Source: Thermoplasmatota archaeon
GTDB lineage: Archaea; Thermoplasmatota; Penumbrarchaeia; Penumbrarchaeales; EX4484-36
Assembly: GCA_029932465.1 (NCBI GenBank)
Contig: JAOZQA010000001.1
Span: 2,953-66,952 of the forward strand
Length of the DNA: 64,000 bases
Direction: 5' to 3'
A program made the translations under genes and the position numbers. The notes beneath the pieces were generated by a model. It searched no databases, had not been told where the DNA came from, and saw only the letters and a program-made list of their open reading frames with translations. How positions within the stretch are numbered: position 1 is the first letter of the stretch; every line of letters starts with the position of its first letter. Below, piece by piece: positions 1-9,839 of the stretch.

Positions 1-5
1 ATCCC

Positions 6-818
6 TCACGTGCCCACGTAGATCCCGCTTAAGATCTTCTCTATGGTGGCTATGGCTGAGAGCGGTGCGAGGTAGGAGGATTTCGGATTGGTCATGGAGG
101 GAACGTTTTTCAGAACGATGTGCATCTCCCCGAACCTCCCCTTCACATAGATCTCGTGCCTGTTTGTGGTGGCTGCTGGGTCCACCACGATCCTCACCCT
201 GGTCTTGTCGAAGCCTATCCCTGCGATGGAGAGGGTGGCAGCAACGTTAACGTTCTGGGGGAAGAGCTTCACCGCCTCCCTAGCTGGCCCCTCATAGACC
301 GTGACGGGGGAGGTGTGCTTATTCAGATTGAGTCCCATACCCGCTAGGACCTCCGAGCCCTTCAGGCCCTTGGGGGGCTTTATGGTGGTCAGAACCACCT
401 CCTCTATCCTGCCCAGAGATGCCGATTTTATGCCGTCGATCCCTGATATGGCGCCGGAGGGTATGAAGATCCTCCCGCCCCGCTCCTCCGCCAGCCTCTT
501 CATATCTTCCCAGAGAGCGTCATCGGCCAGGGCCCCCACAGAGAGGATCATGATGTCCTTTCCCCTCTTCAGGGTCTCCCTTGCATAGGTCTCAACGGCC
601 CGGTGGGATGCAGCCTCCACAACAAGGTCGGACTCCTCTATGAACTCCTCCCACCTCTCAAAGGGGAAGTAGCGGGACCCCTCAACGGTGAGGGAGAGAC
701 CCTTGGATTTGCTGTCATCTATGTCGAAGAGGTTTATGGCGGTGACCTTTGGGTGCCCCTCTAGGGTCTTAGCTATCGTTGTCCCTATGAAGCCGCAGCC
801 TAGTATACCTATCCGCAT
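6..818 (-). CDS. nadX: L-aspartate dehydrogenase (NAD biosynthesis)
   Basis: Rossmann GILGCGFIG, VVEAAS, SVGAL, PSGAISGIDG, FPQNVNVAATL, NPKSSYLA. Start moved to ATG 818 behind an AGGTGG RBS. Confidence 0.88.
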   Translation of the reverse strand: MRIGILGCGFIGTTIAKTLEGHPKVTAINLFDIDDSKSKGLSLTVEGSRYFPFERWEEFIEESDLVVEAASHRAVETYARETLKRGKDIMILSVGALADDALWEDMKRLAEERGGRIFIPSGAISGIDGIKSASLGRIEEVVLTTIKPPKGLKGSEVLAGMGLNLNKHTSPVTVYEGPAREAVKLFPQNVNVAATLSIAGIGFDKTRVRIVVDPAATTNRHEIYVKGRFGEMHIVLKNVPSMTNPKSSYLAPLSAIATIEKILSGIYVGT

Positions 819-993
819 CTGATACCACCTTCGGGCAGTGTGGTCATTACAATAGTGCATAATATTATTTTCTGAGGAATGCGAAATATCGCGCAGAGGT
901 GCTGACCGTTCACAGCGGATGGCCCGCTGAGGATTGGGGGTGGGGAATCTTTTCGCCGAAATATTAATGGTGGGTTACCCCCTCCCACCCCCC

Positions 994-1866
994 ATGACAT
1001 CCAAAGAGGAACAGAGGGAAAGGCTCGCCCAGCTCGTTCAGATGAGGAGGGAAGAGGAGGAGCTGGCTGAGAACCTGAAGGGTGTAGACCATCTCATAGC
1101 CGTCATGAGCGGAAAAGGCGGTGTGGGCAAGAGCACCGTGGCCGTCTTCTTAGGCTACTTCCTCAGCAGAAGAGGCTACAGGGTGGGGATCCTGGATGCA
1201 GATCTGCACGGTCCCGATGTCCCCCTCATGTTGGGAGTTGAGGGTGAGAGGCTCTCTGTGACAGGCAGCGGCAAGATCCTCCCATACCCCGCCTTGGAGA
1301 ACCTGGATGTGGTCTCAATGAGCTTTATGCTTGAAAGAAGCGACCAGGCGATAATATGGAGGGGCCCTTTGAAGATGAAGGCCATCCGTCAGCTCCTTAA
1401 GGATGTTGATTGGGGTAGGAGGGACTTTTTGATCATAGACCTGCCCCCGGGGACCGGGGATGAGCCTCTCTCCATTGCACAGCTTCTTCCCCGAAGGGAC
1501 GGCGCTGTGGTCGTCACAACTCCCCAGGAGGTCTCCCTGCTGGACGCCAGGAAGGCCATATCGTTCTCCAGGGAACTCAAATTTCCCGTCCTGGGGCTCA
1601 TAGAGAACATGTCCGGTTTCGTCTGCCCCCACTGTGGAAAGATAACCTACATCTTCAAAAGGGGAGGGGGTGAGAGGGTGGCGCAGGAGATGGATGTGCC
1701 ATTTCTGGGGAGGATACCGATGAACCCCAAAGTGGTAGAAGCGGGTGATGGCGGCATCCAGAAGGTTTTGAGTGAGGGCGGGGAGGAGATGGAGAAGCTC
1801 TTTGGGGGTATAGTGGAGAGGCTGCTTGAGGTGGTCAGCGGATCTCAAGCCCCATCTGGGCAATGA
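994..1866 (+). CDS. mrp: Mrp/ApbC/NBP35 family Fe-S cluster carrier ATPase
   Basis: [38 protein letters not shown]. Probable start ATG 994 (ORF track starts at 934). Confidence 0.9.
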   Translation: MTSKEEQRERLAQLVQMRREEEELAENLKGVDHLIAVMSGKGGVGKSTVAVFLGYFLSRRGYRVGILDADLHGPDVPLMLGVEGERLSVTGSGKILPYPALENLDVVSMSFMLERSDQAIIWRGPLKMKAIRQLLKDVDWGRRDFLIIDLPPGTGDEPLSIAQLLPRRDGAVVVTTPQEVSLLDARKAISFSRELKFPVLGLIENMSGFVCPHCGKITYIFKRGGGERVAQEMDVPFLGRIPMNPKVVEAGDGGIQKVLSEGGEEMEKLFGGIVERLLEVVSGSQAPSGQ

Positions 1867-2668
1867 TACTGGCCGCCCTTCTCACAAGTTCCTTGGATCT
1901 GCCGGTGGAATGAGTGTAGCACACAGCCGCCCCGGGGGTCCTCTTCACCATCTCTTCTATCACCTCTGGAGAGGAGATGGCCTCCTGAAGGGCGTACTCG
2001 GGGAGCATGTGCCCGAAGGCTACAGCTCTTTTCAGGGCGATATCTGTGAATCTGGGGGCGTAGTGGCCCCCGCCCACCCCAACGGCCACTTCAACCCCCT
2101 CCGGCTCTCTGTAGGTGCCGGGGAAGGTCTCAAGAAGAGCCCCGGCTATGGCCTCAGCAGCGTCCTCCCTCCTCCACATCACCTCGTCCGAGCCGATCTC
2201 CATGAAGAAGTGGGGGGTTCTGATAAGTGGCCCGTGGTGGGTCACCTCGTAGGAAACCCTGTGCTCAAGACCCAACTTCTCCGCCCATCTCCTTAAGGAT
2301 CGTAGAGTCTCCCTCATGGGAAGGGGTGCTGAGGTGGAGAGGGCCCTGCACCTCCCTCCGTAGAGGGCCTCGCTGAAGTTTCCGGTGGGGTGCAGGGTGA
2401 GGGTGGGTATGCGGGAGGCGGAGCTGTGGCGGGAGAGGATCACAAGAAGTGGGTAACCCCCGGGGTTGTGCACCTCAAAGAGGGCGTCCAGGTCCTCTCT
2501 GTAGAGGTGCTCTCCCTTAAGGGTGATAAGCCCCACCTCGCCCGAGGTGTAGGAGGGGTTCCCCTCCACCTCCCCCACCCTCTCCCACCTACCCATCTGA
2601 AGAAGCCTCTCCCGAATGTTCATGGAGGCTATATCGCCCTCAAAGGCCATGAAAAGCAATTCCACCAC
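1835..2668 (-). CDS. dtdA: Archaeal D-aminoacyl-tRNA deacylase (DTD2 type)
   Basis: [44 protein letters not shown] motifs. Confidence 0.85.
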   Translation of the reverse strand: MVELLFMAFEGDIASMNIRERLLQMGRWERVGEVEGNPSYTSGEVGLITLKGEHLYREDLDALFEVHNPGGYPLLVILSRHSSASRIPTLTLHPTGNFSEALYGGRCRALSTSAPLPMRETLRSLRRWAEKLGLEHRVSYEVTHHGPLIRTPHFFMEIGSDEVMWRREDAAEAIAGALLETFPGTYREPEGVEVAVGVGGGHYAPRFTDIALKRAVAFGHMLPEYALQEAISSPEVIEEMVKRTPGAAVCYTHSTGRSKELVRRAASIIAQMGLEIR

Positions 2669-3895
2669 CTATTCTATAACACTGCCTGATAGATAGGTCC
2701 CGCTCACCCTTGCCCCCGGATAGGTGACGCAGCCCACACCAAGGATTGTTCCCACGTTGAGGGAGGTGTTTATTCCCGTCTTGACCCTGTCTCCCAGCAC
2801 AACGCCGAACTTTCTCCTCCCGGTGTCCAGCCTCTTCCCCTTTAGGATGACCTTCACAGTGTCCCGGTCGTGCCTTAAGTTGGCAACCTTGGTGCCGGAG
2901 CCTAGGTTACACCACCGCCCTATAACCGAATCCCCCACGTAGTTGTGGTGCGGTATCTTGGACCCCTCCATTACAACGGAGTTTTTGACCTCCGAGGCCG
3001 CCCCGACCCTCACGTCCTTCACCAGCACCGTTCCTGGGCGCAGGTAGGCGTTGGGCCCCACCTCACACCCCTCACCAACGTAGACGGGCCCCTCTATGTA
3101 GGTCCCTGAGCGAACCTTTGCTCCCTCCCCCACGAAAACCTCCCCCTCCATATGCACACCCTCCTCAACGGATCCCTTTATCTCCCCCTTCAGCTCCTTT
3201 ATGAAGACCTCGTTGGCCTTCAGGAGGTCCCAGGGAGTGGCAACGTCCATCCAGAACCTCTTCGTTACCGCTGCGAAGAGCTTCCCCTCTCCGGCCAGCA
3301 TCTGAAGGGTGTCGGTGATCTCATACTCCCCCCGGGGTGAGAGGGGGGTCCTCTCTATGTATGAGAAGATCTCAGGGCTGAAGATGTAGACCCCGGTATT
3401 CACCAGCTTTGAAGGGGGCCTGGCGGGCTTCTCGTGGATCCTGACGACCCTCTCCCCCTCCACCTCAATGACACCGTAACTTCTGGGGTCCTCCACCTCC
3501 TTCAGAACCACGGAGACACCTTCCCTCCCCCGGTGGAACCCTATAAGCTCCTCCAGAACCCCCCTTTTCACAAGCACATCGCCGTTTATGCAGAGGAAAT
3601 CTTCCTCCATCACGTCTCTGAACATCCCTATGGCGTGGGCGGTGCCTAGCCTCTCTTTCTGATAGATGTAGTTGATTTGAACCCCCCACCTCTCTCCATC
3701 TCCCAGGCTGTCCACGATCTCCCCGGAGAGATGGCCGAGGAGGATGTGGATATCCTCCACCCCTGCCTCTTTCAGAAGCTCTATCTGCCTCACTATTATG
3801 GGTCGGCCCACAACGGGAAGAAGCGGCTTGGGCCTTCCCTCCGTCAGGGGCCACATCCTCGTGCCGTCACCGGCGGCCAGTATGCAGGCCTTCAT
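2669..3895 (-). CDS. glmU: Bifunctional sugar-1-phosphate nucleotidyltransferase/acetyltransferase (archaeal GlmU)
   Basis: ILAAGDGTRMWPLT..RPKPLL, QKERLGTAHA, C-terminal hexapeptide repeats with HHNYVGDS and RRKFG. Confidence 0.85.
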   Translation of the reverse strand: MKACILAAGDGTRMWPLTEGRPKPLLPVVGRPIIVRQIELLKEAGVEDIHILLGHLSGEIVDSLGDGERWGVQINYIYQKERLGTAHAIGMFRDVMEEDFLCINGDVLVKRGVLEELIGFHRGREGVSVVLKEVEDPRSYGVIEVEGERVVRIHEKPARPPSKLVNTGVYIFSPEIFSYIERTPLSPRGEYEITDTLQMLAGEGKLFAAVTKRFWMDVATPWDLLKANEVFIKELKGEIKGSVEEGVHMEGEVFVGEGAKVRSGTYIEGPVYVGEGCEVGPNAYLRPGTVLVKDVRVGAASEVKNSVVMEGSKIPHHNYVGDSVIGRWCNLGSGTKVANLRHDRDTVKVILKGKRLDTGRRKFGVVLGDRVKTGINTSLNVGTILGVGCVTYPGARVSGTYLSGSVIE

Positions 3896-4024
3896 CCAGT
3901 ATCCCTCCGACTTTTAACGCTTTAGAAATCCTCAACAGTTAAAAAAGCTTCCCGGAGAGATGGGTTTTAAAAGGGTGTAGGCCTTATCCTGCCTCAGATC
4001 CACCTCGGCCCTGGTGATGCTCTC

Positions 4025-5629
4025 ATGAACTTCTCACTCAACCCGCAGGAGGACATATTCCTCATCTTCTCCGTAATTCTGCTCATAGCCTTTGTCATCC
4101 CGGAGTTCTTCAGCAGGCTGAAGGTGGCCTACATCCCCTTCTACATCTTCGCGGGCATGCTCATAGGCCCCCACGGTTTTCTCAAGATAGAGGTCACAGA
4201 GCCCCTTCAGTTCGTAGGCGATCTGGGACTCCTTCTTCTGGTCTTCCTTGCGGGGCTTGAGATACACGCCATGGTGGAGAGGTCCCTAAGGAGTTCTCTT
4301 CTGATGTCCATGATCTTCGGGGCTGTCTGCTTTGCAGGCGGTTATCTCCTCGGTCTTCTCTTCGGACAGCCTCCCGTCACGAACTTCCTTCTCGGAGCAG
4401 TCCTTATGTCCTCTTCCGTTGCGGAGATCGTCTCCATAGTGAACTCCGCCCCTGCCCTCAAAAAGAGCTACGGGCACGTAATCGTGCCCGCCATTGTGAT
4501 ACTTGACACATCGAGCCTGGTGCTTCTGGGAATTATGCTGAAGTATAAAACTGCCCCGGGGGAGCTTTATCTATTCTTCGTTGAGATCACGCTCTTTCTC
4601 CTTTTGGTCTTCTACCTGATTCCCCATCTTGTGAAGAGGTACTTCCAGAGGAGGACCCGCAAGCCCCGGGAGAGCGACATGAAGTTCGTCTTCCTGACCC
4701 TAATTGCGGTGGTGGCTCTCTCAGAGCTCATAGGACTGCACGGCATAGTCGCCGCCTTCATAGTCGGTGTGGCCCTTGGAGAGTTCATACCCCGGGGGCC
4801 CCTTTACGAGAAACTTCACGGGTTGGGTCACGGTCTCTTGATCCCTGTCTTCTTCATAGTACTCGGCATGTCCCTTGACACCACCATACTGATAGAGGGG
4901 CACACCTCCCTTCTCTTTCTCATATCCTTGATAGTTACTCTGGTGTGCGTTAAGGTTGCATCTGGGGTTATTTATTCGAAAATGAAAAAGGGAGGTGTGA
5001 GGGATGGGGTTATCCTGGGGGTGACCTTCTGGCCGCAGATGAGCGCAACACTTGCAGCGGCCTCCATAGGCTACAGATACGGCATTTTTAATGAGACCGT
5101 ACTTCTGGCGATAGTCTTCATGTCAATCTTCTCCATCATGACCTCTCCCTTCGCCGTCAGATATCTCACCCGGGATAGAACGACCTCGGTGCTTCAGCAG
5201 AACCACACGGTGGTGGTGGGTTACGGGAGGACGTCGTCGAAGATAGTCACCATTCTTGATTTCGCGGGAAAGGATGTTGCGGTGATCGAGAAGGACCTCA
5301 ACAAGGTGAGACGCCTTGAGGAGAGGGGCATTCGCGTGATATACGGCAGTGGTACAGACCAGGAGGCTTTAAGGAAAGCAGGCATCTCCGGGGCGAAGGT
5401 AGCCCTGATTACTATACCTGACGAGCACGAGGTCTATCTGACGGCGAGGTACATAAGGGAGCTTAATCCGGACTGTTACACCATCGCCAAGATCCACACC
5501 GAGAAGCTGCTTAAGAGGCTTAAAAAGGAGGGTCTGGTGGACTCCATCATATGGCCTGAGAAGATGAGCAGCCTGGAGGCGACAAGGAAGGTCTTTGAGC
5601 ACCTGGAAGGGTTTTATCCAGAGTTCTAG
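4025..5629 (+). CDS. CPA2 (Kef-type) cation:proton antiporter with C-terminal RCK/TrkA-N domain
   Basis: About 12 hydrophobic segments, LLLLVFLAGLE, AFIVG, FFIVLG; C-terminal VVVGYGR..IEKD..YGSGTD..L..AGI. Confidence 0.85.
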   Translation: MNFSLNPQEDIFLIFSVILLIAFVIPEFFSRLKVAYIPFYIFAGMLIGPHGFLKIEVTEPLQFVGDLGLLLLVFLAGLEIHAMVERSLRSSLLMSMIFGAVCFAGGYLLGLLFGQPPVTNFLLGAVLMSSSVAEIVSIVNSAPALKKSYGHVIVPAIVILDTSSLVLLGIMLKYKTAPGELYLFFVEITLFLLLVFYLIPHLVKRYFQRRTRKPRESDMKFVFLTLIAVVALSELIGLHGIVAAFIVGVALGEFIPRGPLYEKLHGLGHGLLIPVFFIVLGMSLDTTILIEGHTSLLFLISLIVTLVCVKVASGVIYSKMKKGGVRDGVILGVTFWPQMSATLAAASIGYRYGIFNETVLLAIVFMSIFSIMTSPFAVRYLTRDRTTSVLQQNHTVVVGYGRTSSKIVTILDFAGKDVAVIEKDLNKVRRLEERGIRVIYGSGTDQEALRKAGISGAKVALITIPDEHEVYLTARYIRELNPDCYTIAKIHTEKLLKRLKKEGLVDSIIWPEKMSSLEATRKVFEHLEGFYPEF

Positions 5630-5880
5630 AGGTCATCCTCCTCAAAGAAGAAGTCTATCCCCGCCTCTCTGAGGAGGTCCTCGATGAAGACCACCATGCT
5701 ATCATCCTCCTCAACCCCTTCCAGAAAGCCCAGTTCCTGAAGTGGAGGGAGGTCAGGGGTGGATGCCAGATAGCGCGAGATCTCCTCTGGCAGTCTTGAC
5801 CTGGCCTCTCTGATGTTCACGGCCGGGATGAAGATGACAACCTCCCCCGACCGGTAGCAGTACATCTTTTCTGTTTCCAC
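5626..5880 (-). CDS. Small acidic hypothetical protein
   Basis: 84-aa ORF directly downstream of leuS on the same strand, overlapping the antiporter stop by 4 nt; no recognised motif. Confidence 0.5.
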   Translation of the reverse strand: METEKMYCYRSGEVVIFIPAVNIREARSRLPEEISRYLASTPDLPPLQELGFLEGVEEDDSMVVFIEDLLREAGIDFFFEEDDL

Positions 5881-5928
5881 GCTGATACCTCTGCCATCAA
5901 AATATAACTATTTTTCTGTAACCCCCTT

Positions 5929-8811
5929 TCATTCCACGTATACGGCTGGCTTGAGGGGTAAAGCCAGGTGTGCCCTTCCCCGGGGGTCGTATTTTGAGGG
6001 GTCATCCTCCTCGTAGACTGAGACCTCGGCCCCCAGCTCTCTGGAGAGAAAGGGAATGCTCCTCCTCAGGAAATCCTTCTCATCCCTGAAGCTGAGGTAC
6101 CTCTGCCGGTCCTCCTCCTTCATCCTCATGACATCCTTGGCCAATCTGCTTATAATCTGGGGGACCACCTTCTTTTTGTCCTTTAATTCCTCTTTCTCCA
6201 AGAACTCCTTTATTACCCTCCCGGGGTCCACCCGCCCCTTCTCCTCCCTCATCCGCATCAGCCTCTCAAGCGCCTCCCACTTCCACCCGGGGGCTGTGTA
6301 GAGGACGATCCGCTCCCCCTCCCTCCCCGTGGCTCTCCTTATGTGGGAGATGTCCTCGAGGAGTCCTTTTAGGTACTCCTCCCTGGCCAGCACTCCCTGG
6401 TCGTAGGCCTCCACCTCACCGGTCTGCGAGAGGGAGACCAGCCCCTCTCCCCCAGCCATCTCCCACAGCTCCTCAGCAAGGTGGGGGGTGAAGGGCATCA
6501 TCATCTTCGCCCAGGTGCGCACGGCCTCCTTGAAGGCCTCCCCGCCCCCGCCACCCCTTCTCAGATACCATCTTAAATCCTGATACGTCTGGTAATAGAC
6601 GGTCCCGGCGGCCTCCCTTAAGGCGTAGTTCTCCATGGCATCCAGGTACTCCGAGAACCTCTTAGCTAAAGCGGCCCTCAGGTAGTCGTCCATCTCCCCC
6701 CCCTCCCCCCCGCCAGATATAATCTCTCTCACCAGGTTGAGTATTTTAAGGAGCCTGCTCTGGTAGTCGCTTACCACCTCCTCCCTCCACTCCACATCCA
6801 TCTCCGGGGAGCCCACGTGGCAGTAGTAGAGCCTCATGGAGTCAACGCCGTAGTGGGCGATGGCCTCTGGTATGGGCTCTGCCCCACCCTTGCTCTTGGC
6901 GATCTTCTCACCGCCCTTCTGGGTCACCCACCAGTGGACGAAGATTCCCCGGGGCCATGCCCATTTAGGCATTATGGCAACGTGGTTCATGAGAAAGACG
7001 GGGAAGTGTACCGTTTTGTGCTCCTTCCCCCCCAGGTTTATATCTAGCGGATACCAGTAGAGGAAATCTCTTCTTATTTTCTCAATAACCCCCCTCCTCT
7101 CCTCCGGAAAATCACTTATCTCCCCTCTTCCAAGATAGACGTAGTCAAAGAACCTCTCATCCATCCACTCCACCTTAAGTTCACCGGAGTTCACATACTT
7201 TGAAACGATGTAGTAGGCGGGGTAGAGGGTTGAATCCGATATCGGCTCAATGATCCATCCCTTTGCGAAGGGAAACTCCGTTCCAAGCCAGGAGCCCTGG
7301 CGTATGCACGCCCTGTCAGAGAACCATTCCAGCACCCCGGGGAGCTCTCTCTTGTACTCCTCTGGATATATCATCATCCTCTCGGTGTGCTCCACTGACC
7401 TCTCGGTGAGCTCCTCGTCCGAATACCTTATGAACCACTGGTTCTCAATCCTCTTGATCACAACCCTCTCCCCGCAGCGACATATAACCTCCTTTGAAAA
7501 GTCGTAGAAGGGCCTGATGAGCCCGATGTTTTCCAGGTCCACTTTCAGGGTGTCTTTGATCTCGGAGACCTTAAGCCCTGCATAGTCCATACAGAGGTCG
7601 TTCAGCACTCCAGAGTGGAACTCCTCCCTGTAGATCTCCCGGGTGGCCTCCTCCAGCTTCTCCACCTCGAACTGGTCCTTCACCCCCATGCTCTTTACAA
7701 GATGACCTGCTGGATCCTCCATGGGGTACTTGCGGCTCTTTATGATGGTTATGGGCATAATCCCCTCCACCACGCTCTTAAGTCCCCATGGGTCCTCCCC
7801 CTCTCTCAGCTCCCCCTTAAGGTCCTCAAGGGCTATCCAGTCGTAGGGGGCGTGGGCGGGAACGGACATGACCACCCCCGTGGCCACCTTCGGGTCCACG
7901 AAGGGTCCAGGAAGTATAGGCACCTCCCTGTTGGTATAGGGCACCCGGCAGCTCTTCCCTATGAGCTCGGAGCCCTTTATCTTTCCCACTTCTTCAACAT
8001 CACCCATCTGATAGCTGAGTTTGACGTAGCCCTCCCGGGAGAGAAGCCACCCTCTTCCATCCACCTCCGCCACCACGTACTCCACATCCGGGTTCAGCCA
8101 CATGTTGGTCACGCCGAAGAGGGTCTCAGGCCGCAGCGTTGCGGCGGGGAGGATGAGCTGCTGCGGCCCCTCGAAGAGGAGGAGTGAGTACTCCAGGACA
8201 TCGGCGTCTCCCCCCTCGGAGACGTCGGTCTGGGAGGGGTCCACCGCAACCGGCCCGCAGTTTGGGCAGTAGGGGGCGTAGTGGGGCTTTTTTGTGAGAA
8301 GCCCCTTCTGGTTCAGCTTCAGGAACTGCCAGGTTATGAAGCGCTTGTACCCCGGGGATACTGTGGACATCGCCCGGGAGAGGTCTATTGTGAAGCCGAA
8401 CCTCTTCCAGTAGTCGTTTATGTACACCTTTGAGAAGAAATCAATGAGGTAGCTAACGTCCTTGAGCTTCTCAATCTCCTCCTCCGGGCAGCCGTTTCTT
8501 TTCAGATATTCTATTGTGGAGGGGTCCCCTCTCTGAATCCTCTTCGCCAGCGATATGGCTGGCAGGCCAGAGGCGTGAAATCCCACGGGAAAGAGGACGC
8601 TGTAGCCCCTCTGCCTCTTGTAGCGACAGATCACGTCAGCGTATGTGAAGCCCCTCATGTGGCCCACGTGGAGGTAGCCAGAAATTCCAGGGTAGGCGAA
8701 GATGAGAAAGAACTTCTCCCGCGTCTCATCTCTCTCCGCCTCCCACCTCACCTTCTCCTCCCATATCCTCTGCCATTTCCTTTCGATGTCAACGAGCACG
8801 TTCTCGGCCAT
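5929..8811 (-). CDS. leuS: Leucine--tRNA ligase, archaeal type
   Basis: YPGISGYLHVGH (HIGH), CP1 editing TLRPET and GVVMSVPAHAPYD, GKEHKTVH, KIAKS (KMSKS variant), C-terminal KPAVYVE. Confidence 0.97.
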   Translation of the reverse strand: MAENVLVDIERKWQRIWEEKVRWEAERDETREKFFLIFAYPGISGYLHVGHMRGFTYADVICRYKRQRGYSVLFPVGFHASGLPAISLAKRIQRGDPSTIEYLKRNGCPEEEIEKLKDVSYLIDFFSKVYINDYWKRFGFTIDLSRAMSTVSPGYKRFITWQFLKLNQKGLLTKKPHYAPYCPNCGPVAVDPSQTDVSEGGDADVLEYSLLLFEGPQQLILPAATLRPETLFGVTNMWLNPDVEYVVAEVDGRGWLLSREGYVKLSYQMGDVEEVGKIKGSELIGKSCRVPYTNREVPILPGPFVDPKVATGVVMSVPAHAPYDWIALEDLKGELREGEDPWGLKSVVEGIMPITIIKSRKYPMEDPAGHLVKSMGVKDQFEVEKLEEATREIYREEFHSGVLNDLCMDYAGLKVSEIKDTLKVDLENIGLIRPFYDFSKEVICRCGERVVIKRIENQWFIRYSDEELTERSVEHTERMMIYPEEYKRELPGVLEWFSDRACIRQGSWLGTEFPFAKGWIIEPISDSTLYPAYYIVSKYVNSGELKVEWMDERFFDYVYLGRGEISDFPEERRGVIEKIRRDFLYWYPLDINLGGKEHKTVHFPVFLMNHVAIMPKWAWPRGIFVHWWVTQKGGEKIAKSKGGAEPIPEAIAHYGVDSMRLYYCHVGSPEMDVEWREEVVSDYQSRLLKILNLVREIISGGGEGGEMDDYLRAALAKRFSEYLDAMENYALREAAGTVYYQTYQDLRWYLRRGGGGGEAFKEAVRTWAKMMMPFTPHLAEELWEMAGGEGLVSLSQTGEVEAYDQGVLAREEYLKGLLEDISHIRRATGREGERIVLYTAPGWKWEALERLMRMREEKGRVDPGRVIKEFLEKEELKDKKKVVPQIISRLAKDVMRMKEEDRQRYLSFRDEKDFLRRSIPFLSRELGAEVSVYEEDDPSKYDPRGRAHLALPLKPAVYVE

Positions 8812-8870
8812 CTCACATCCCCCGGGGCTCCAAGAGGGTAATGGGAGGGATATATAAAAAATTCCTCAGC

Positions 8871-9722
8871 TCAGAGGATCTCCAAGGTGAAATCCACCGA
8901 TGGGGCGGAGTGGGTTATGTAGCCAGAGGAGATTATGTCAGCGTGCGGAGCATACTCTGCGATGTTCTCCGGGTCAATGCCACCGGAGACCTCCACCAGA
9001 ATATTGCTGTTCCTCCTCTTGATCTCCCTGTAGGCCCTCTCAGCCTCGGCGGGGGAGAAGTTGTCAAGCATGATCATGTCAGCGCCAGCCTCCACAGCGG
9101 ATAGGGCCTCCTGCAAGGTGCCCACCTCCACTTCAATCTTATGGAAGGGGTCCTTATCCCTTATTCTCTCTATGGCCTCCTTAACAGCTCTCACTCCTCC
9201 ACCCAAGAGGGCCAGGTGGTTGTCCTTTATAAGTACCATGTCAGAGAGGGAGAAGCGGTGAGTGCCGCCCCCCCCTGCCTCAACGGCCATCTTCTCCAGA
9301 AAACCCATCCCCGGGGTCACCTTTCTGGTGGCCGCCACGATTACCTTGGGGTTTACCTTCCTGGCGAGCCTCACCAGCTCAGCGGTAGCCGTTGCTATCC
9401 CGCTGAGGTGGGATATGAGGTTCAGCGCCGTGCGCTCGGCCAGAAGAAGGTCCTCCGACCTCCCTTCCACCTCAAGAACCACCTTCTCCCTTTCCACTTC
9501 CATCCCCTCCCGGATGCCCTCCGGGACCCTGGATTCTGCCCCCACGAGCTGGAATGTTCTTCTGGCGCATTCAACACCGAAAAGAGTGCACCTCTGCCGG
9601 GGAAATAGCACTCCCTTAGCCTCCTTCTTGCCCGCACCCAGAAGGCGTGTGGTTATATCTCCGAAGGGAGAATCCTTGGCAAGGGCCCCAAGTATAAGCT
9701 CGTCACACCACTCAGGTCGCAT
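8871..9722 (-). CDS. nadC: Quinolinate phosphoribosyltransferase (nicotinate-nucleotide pyrophosphorylase)
   Basis: ERTALN..SGIAT, ATRK, HRFSLSDMVLIKDNH, EVEV, MLDN, EVSGG. Probable start ATG 9722. Confidence 0.95.
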   Translation of the reverse strand: MRPEWCDELILGALAKDSPFGDITTRLLGAGKKEAKGVLFPRQRCTLFGVECARRTFQLVGAESRVPEGIREGMEVEREKVVLEVEGRSEDLLLAERTALNLISHLSGIATATAELVRLARKVNPKVIVAATRKVTPGMGFLEKMAVEAGGGGTHRFSLSDMVLIKDNHLALLGGGVRAVKEAIERIRDKDPFHKIEVEVGTLQEALSAVEAGADMIMLDNFSPAEAERAYREIKRRNSNILVEVSGGIDPENIAEYAPHADIISSGYITHSAPSVDFTLEIL

Positions 9723-9787
9723 TTTGCACCGCCGGGGGTTATATGACGACACTATATCTTATTTTTTTGGCACTCCAAACCCAGTTA

Positions 9788-9801
9788 CAAAAAGTTTATA
9801 T
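9788..9801 (+). promoter_or_regulatory. BRE + TATA box upstream of beta-propeller gene
   Basis: CAAAAAG TTTATAT about 40 nt before ATG 9840; the same purine-run + TTTA pattern precedes several genes in the window. Confidence 0.55.
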
Positions 9802-9839
9802 GGCACCCACTCCAGTGAGGTAAACTGCAGGTGATTTAA

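Noticed and set aside
6893-6907. LeuRS KIAKS instead of KMSKS as a sign of inactivity
   Set aside because: Lysines are retained and HIGH, editing and zinc motifs are intact; within normal class I variation.
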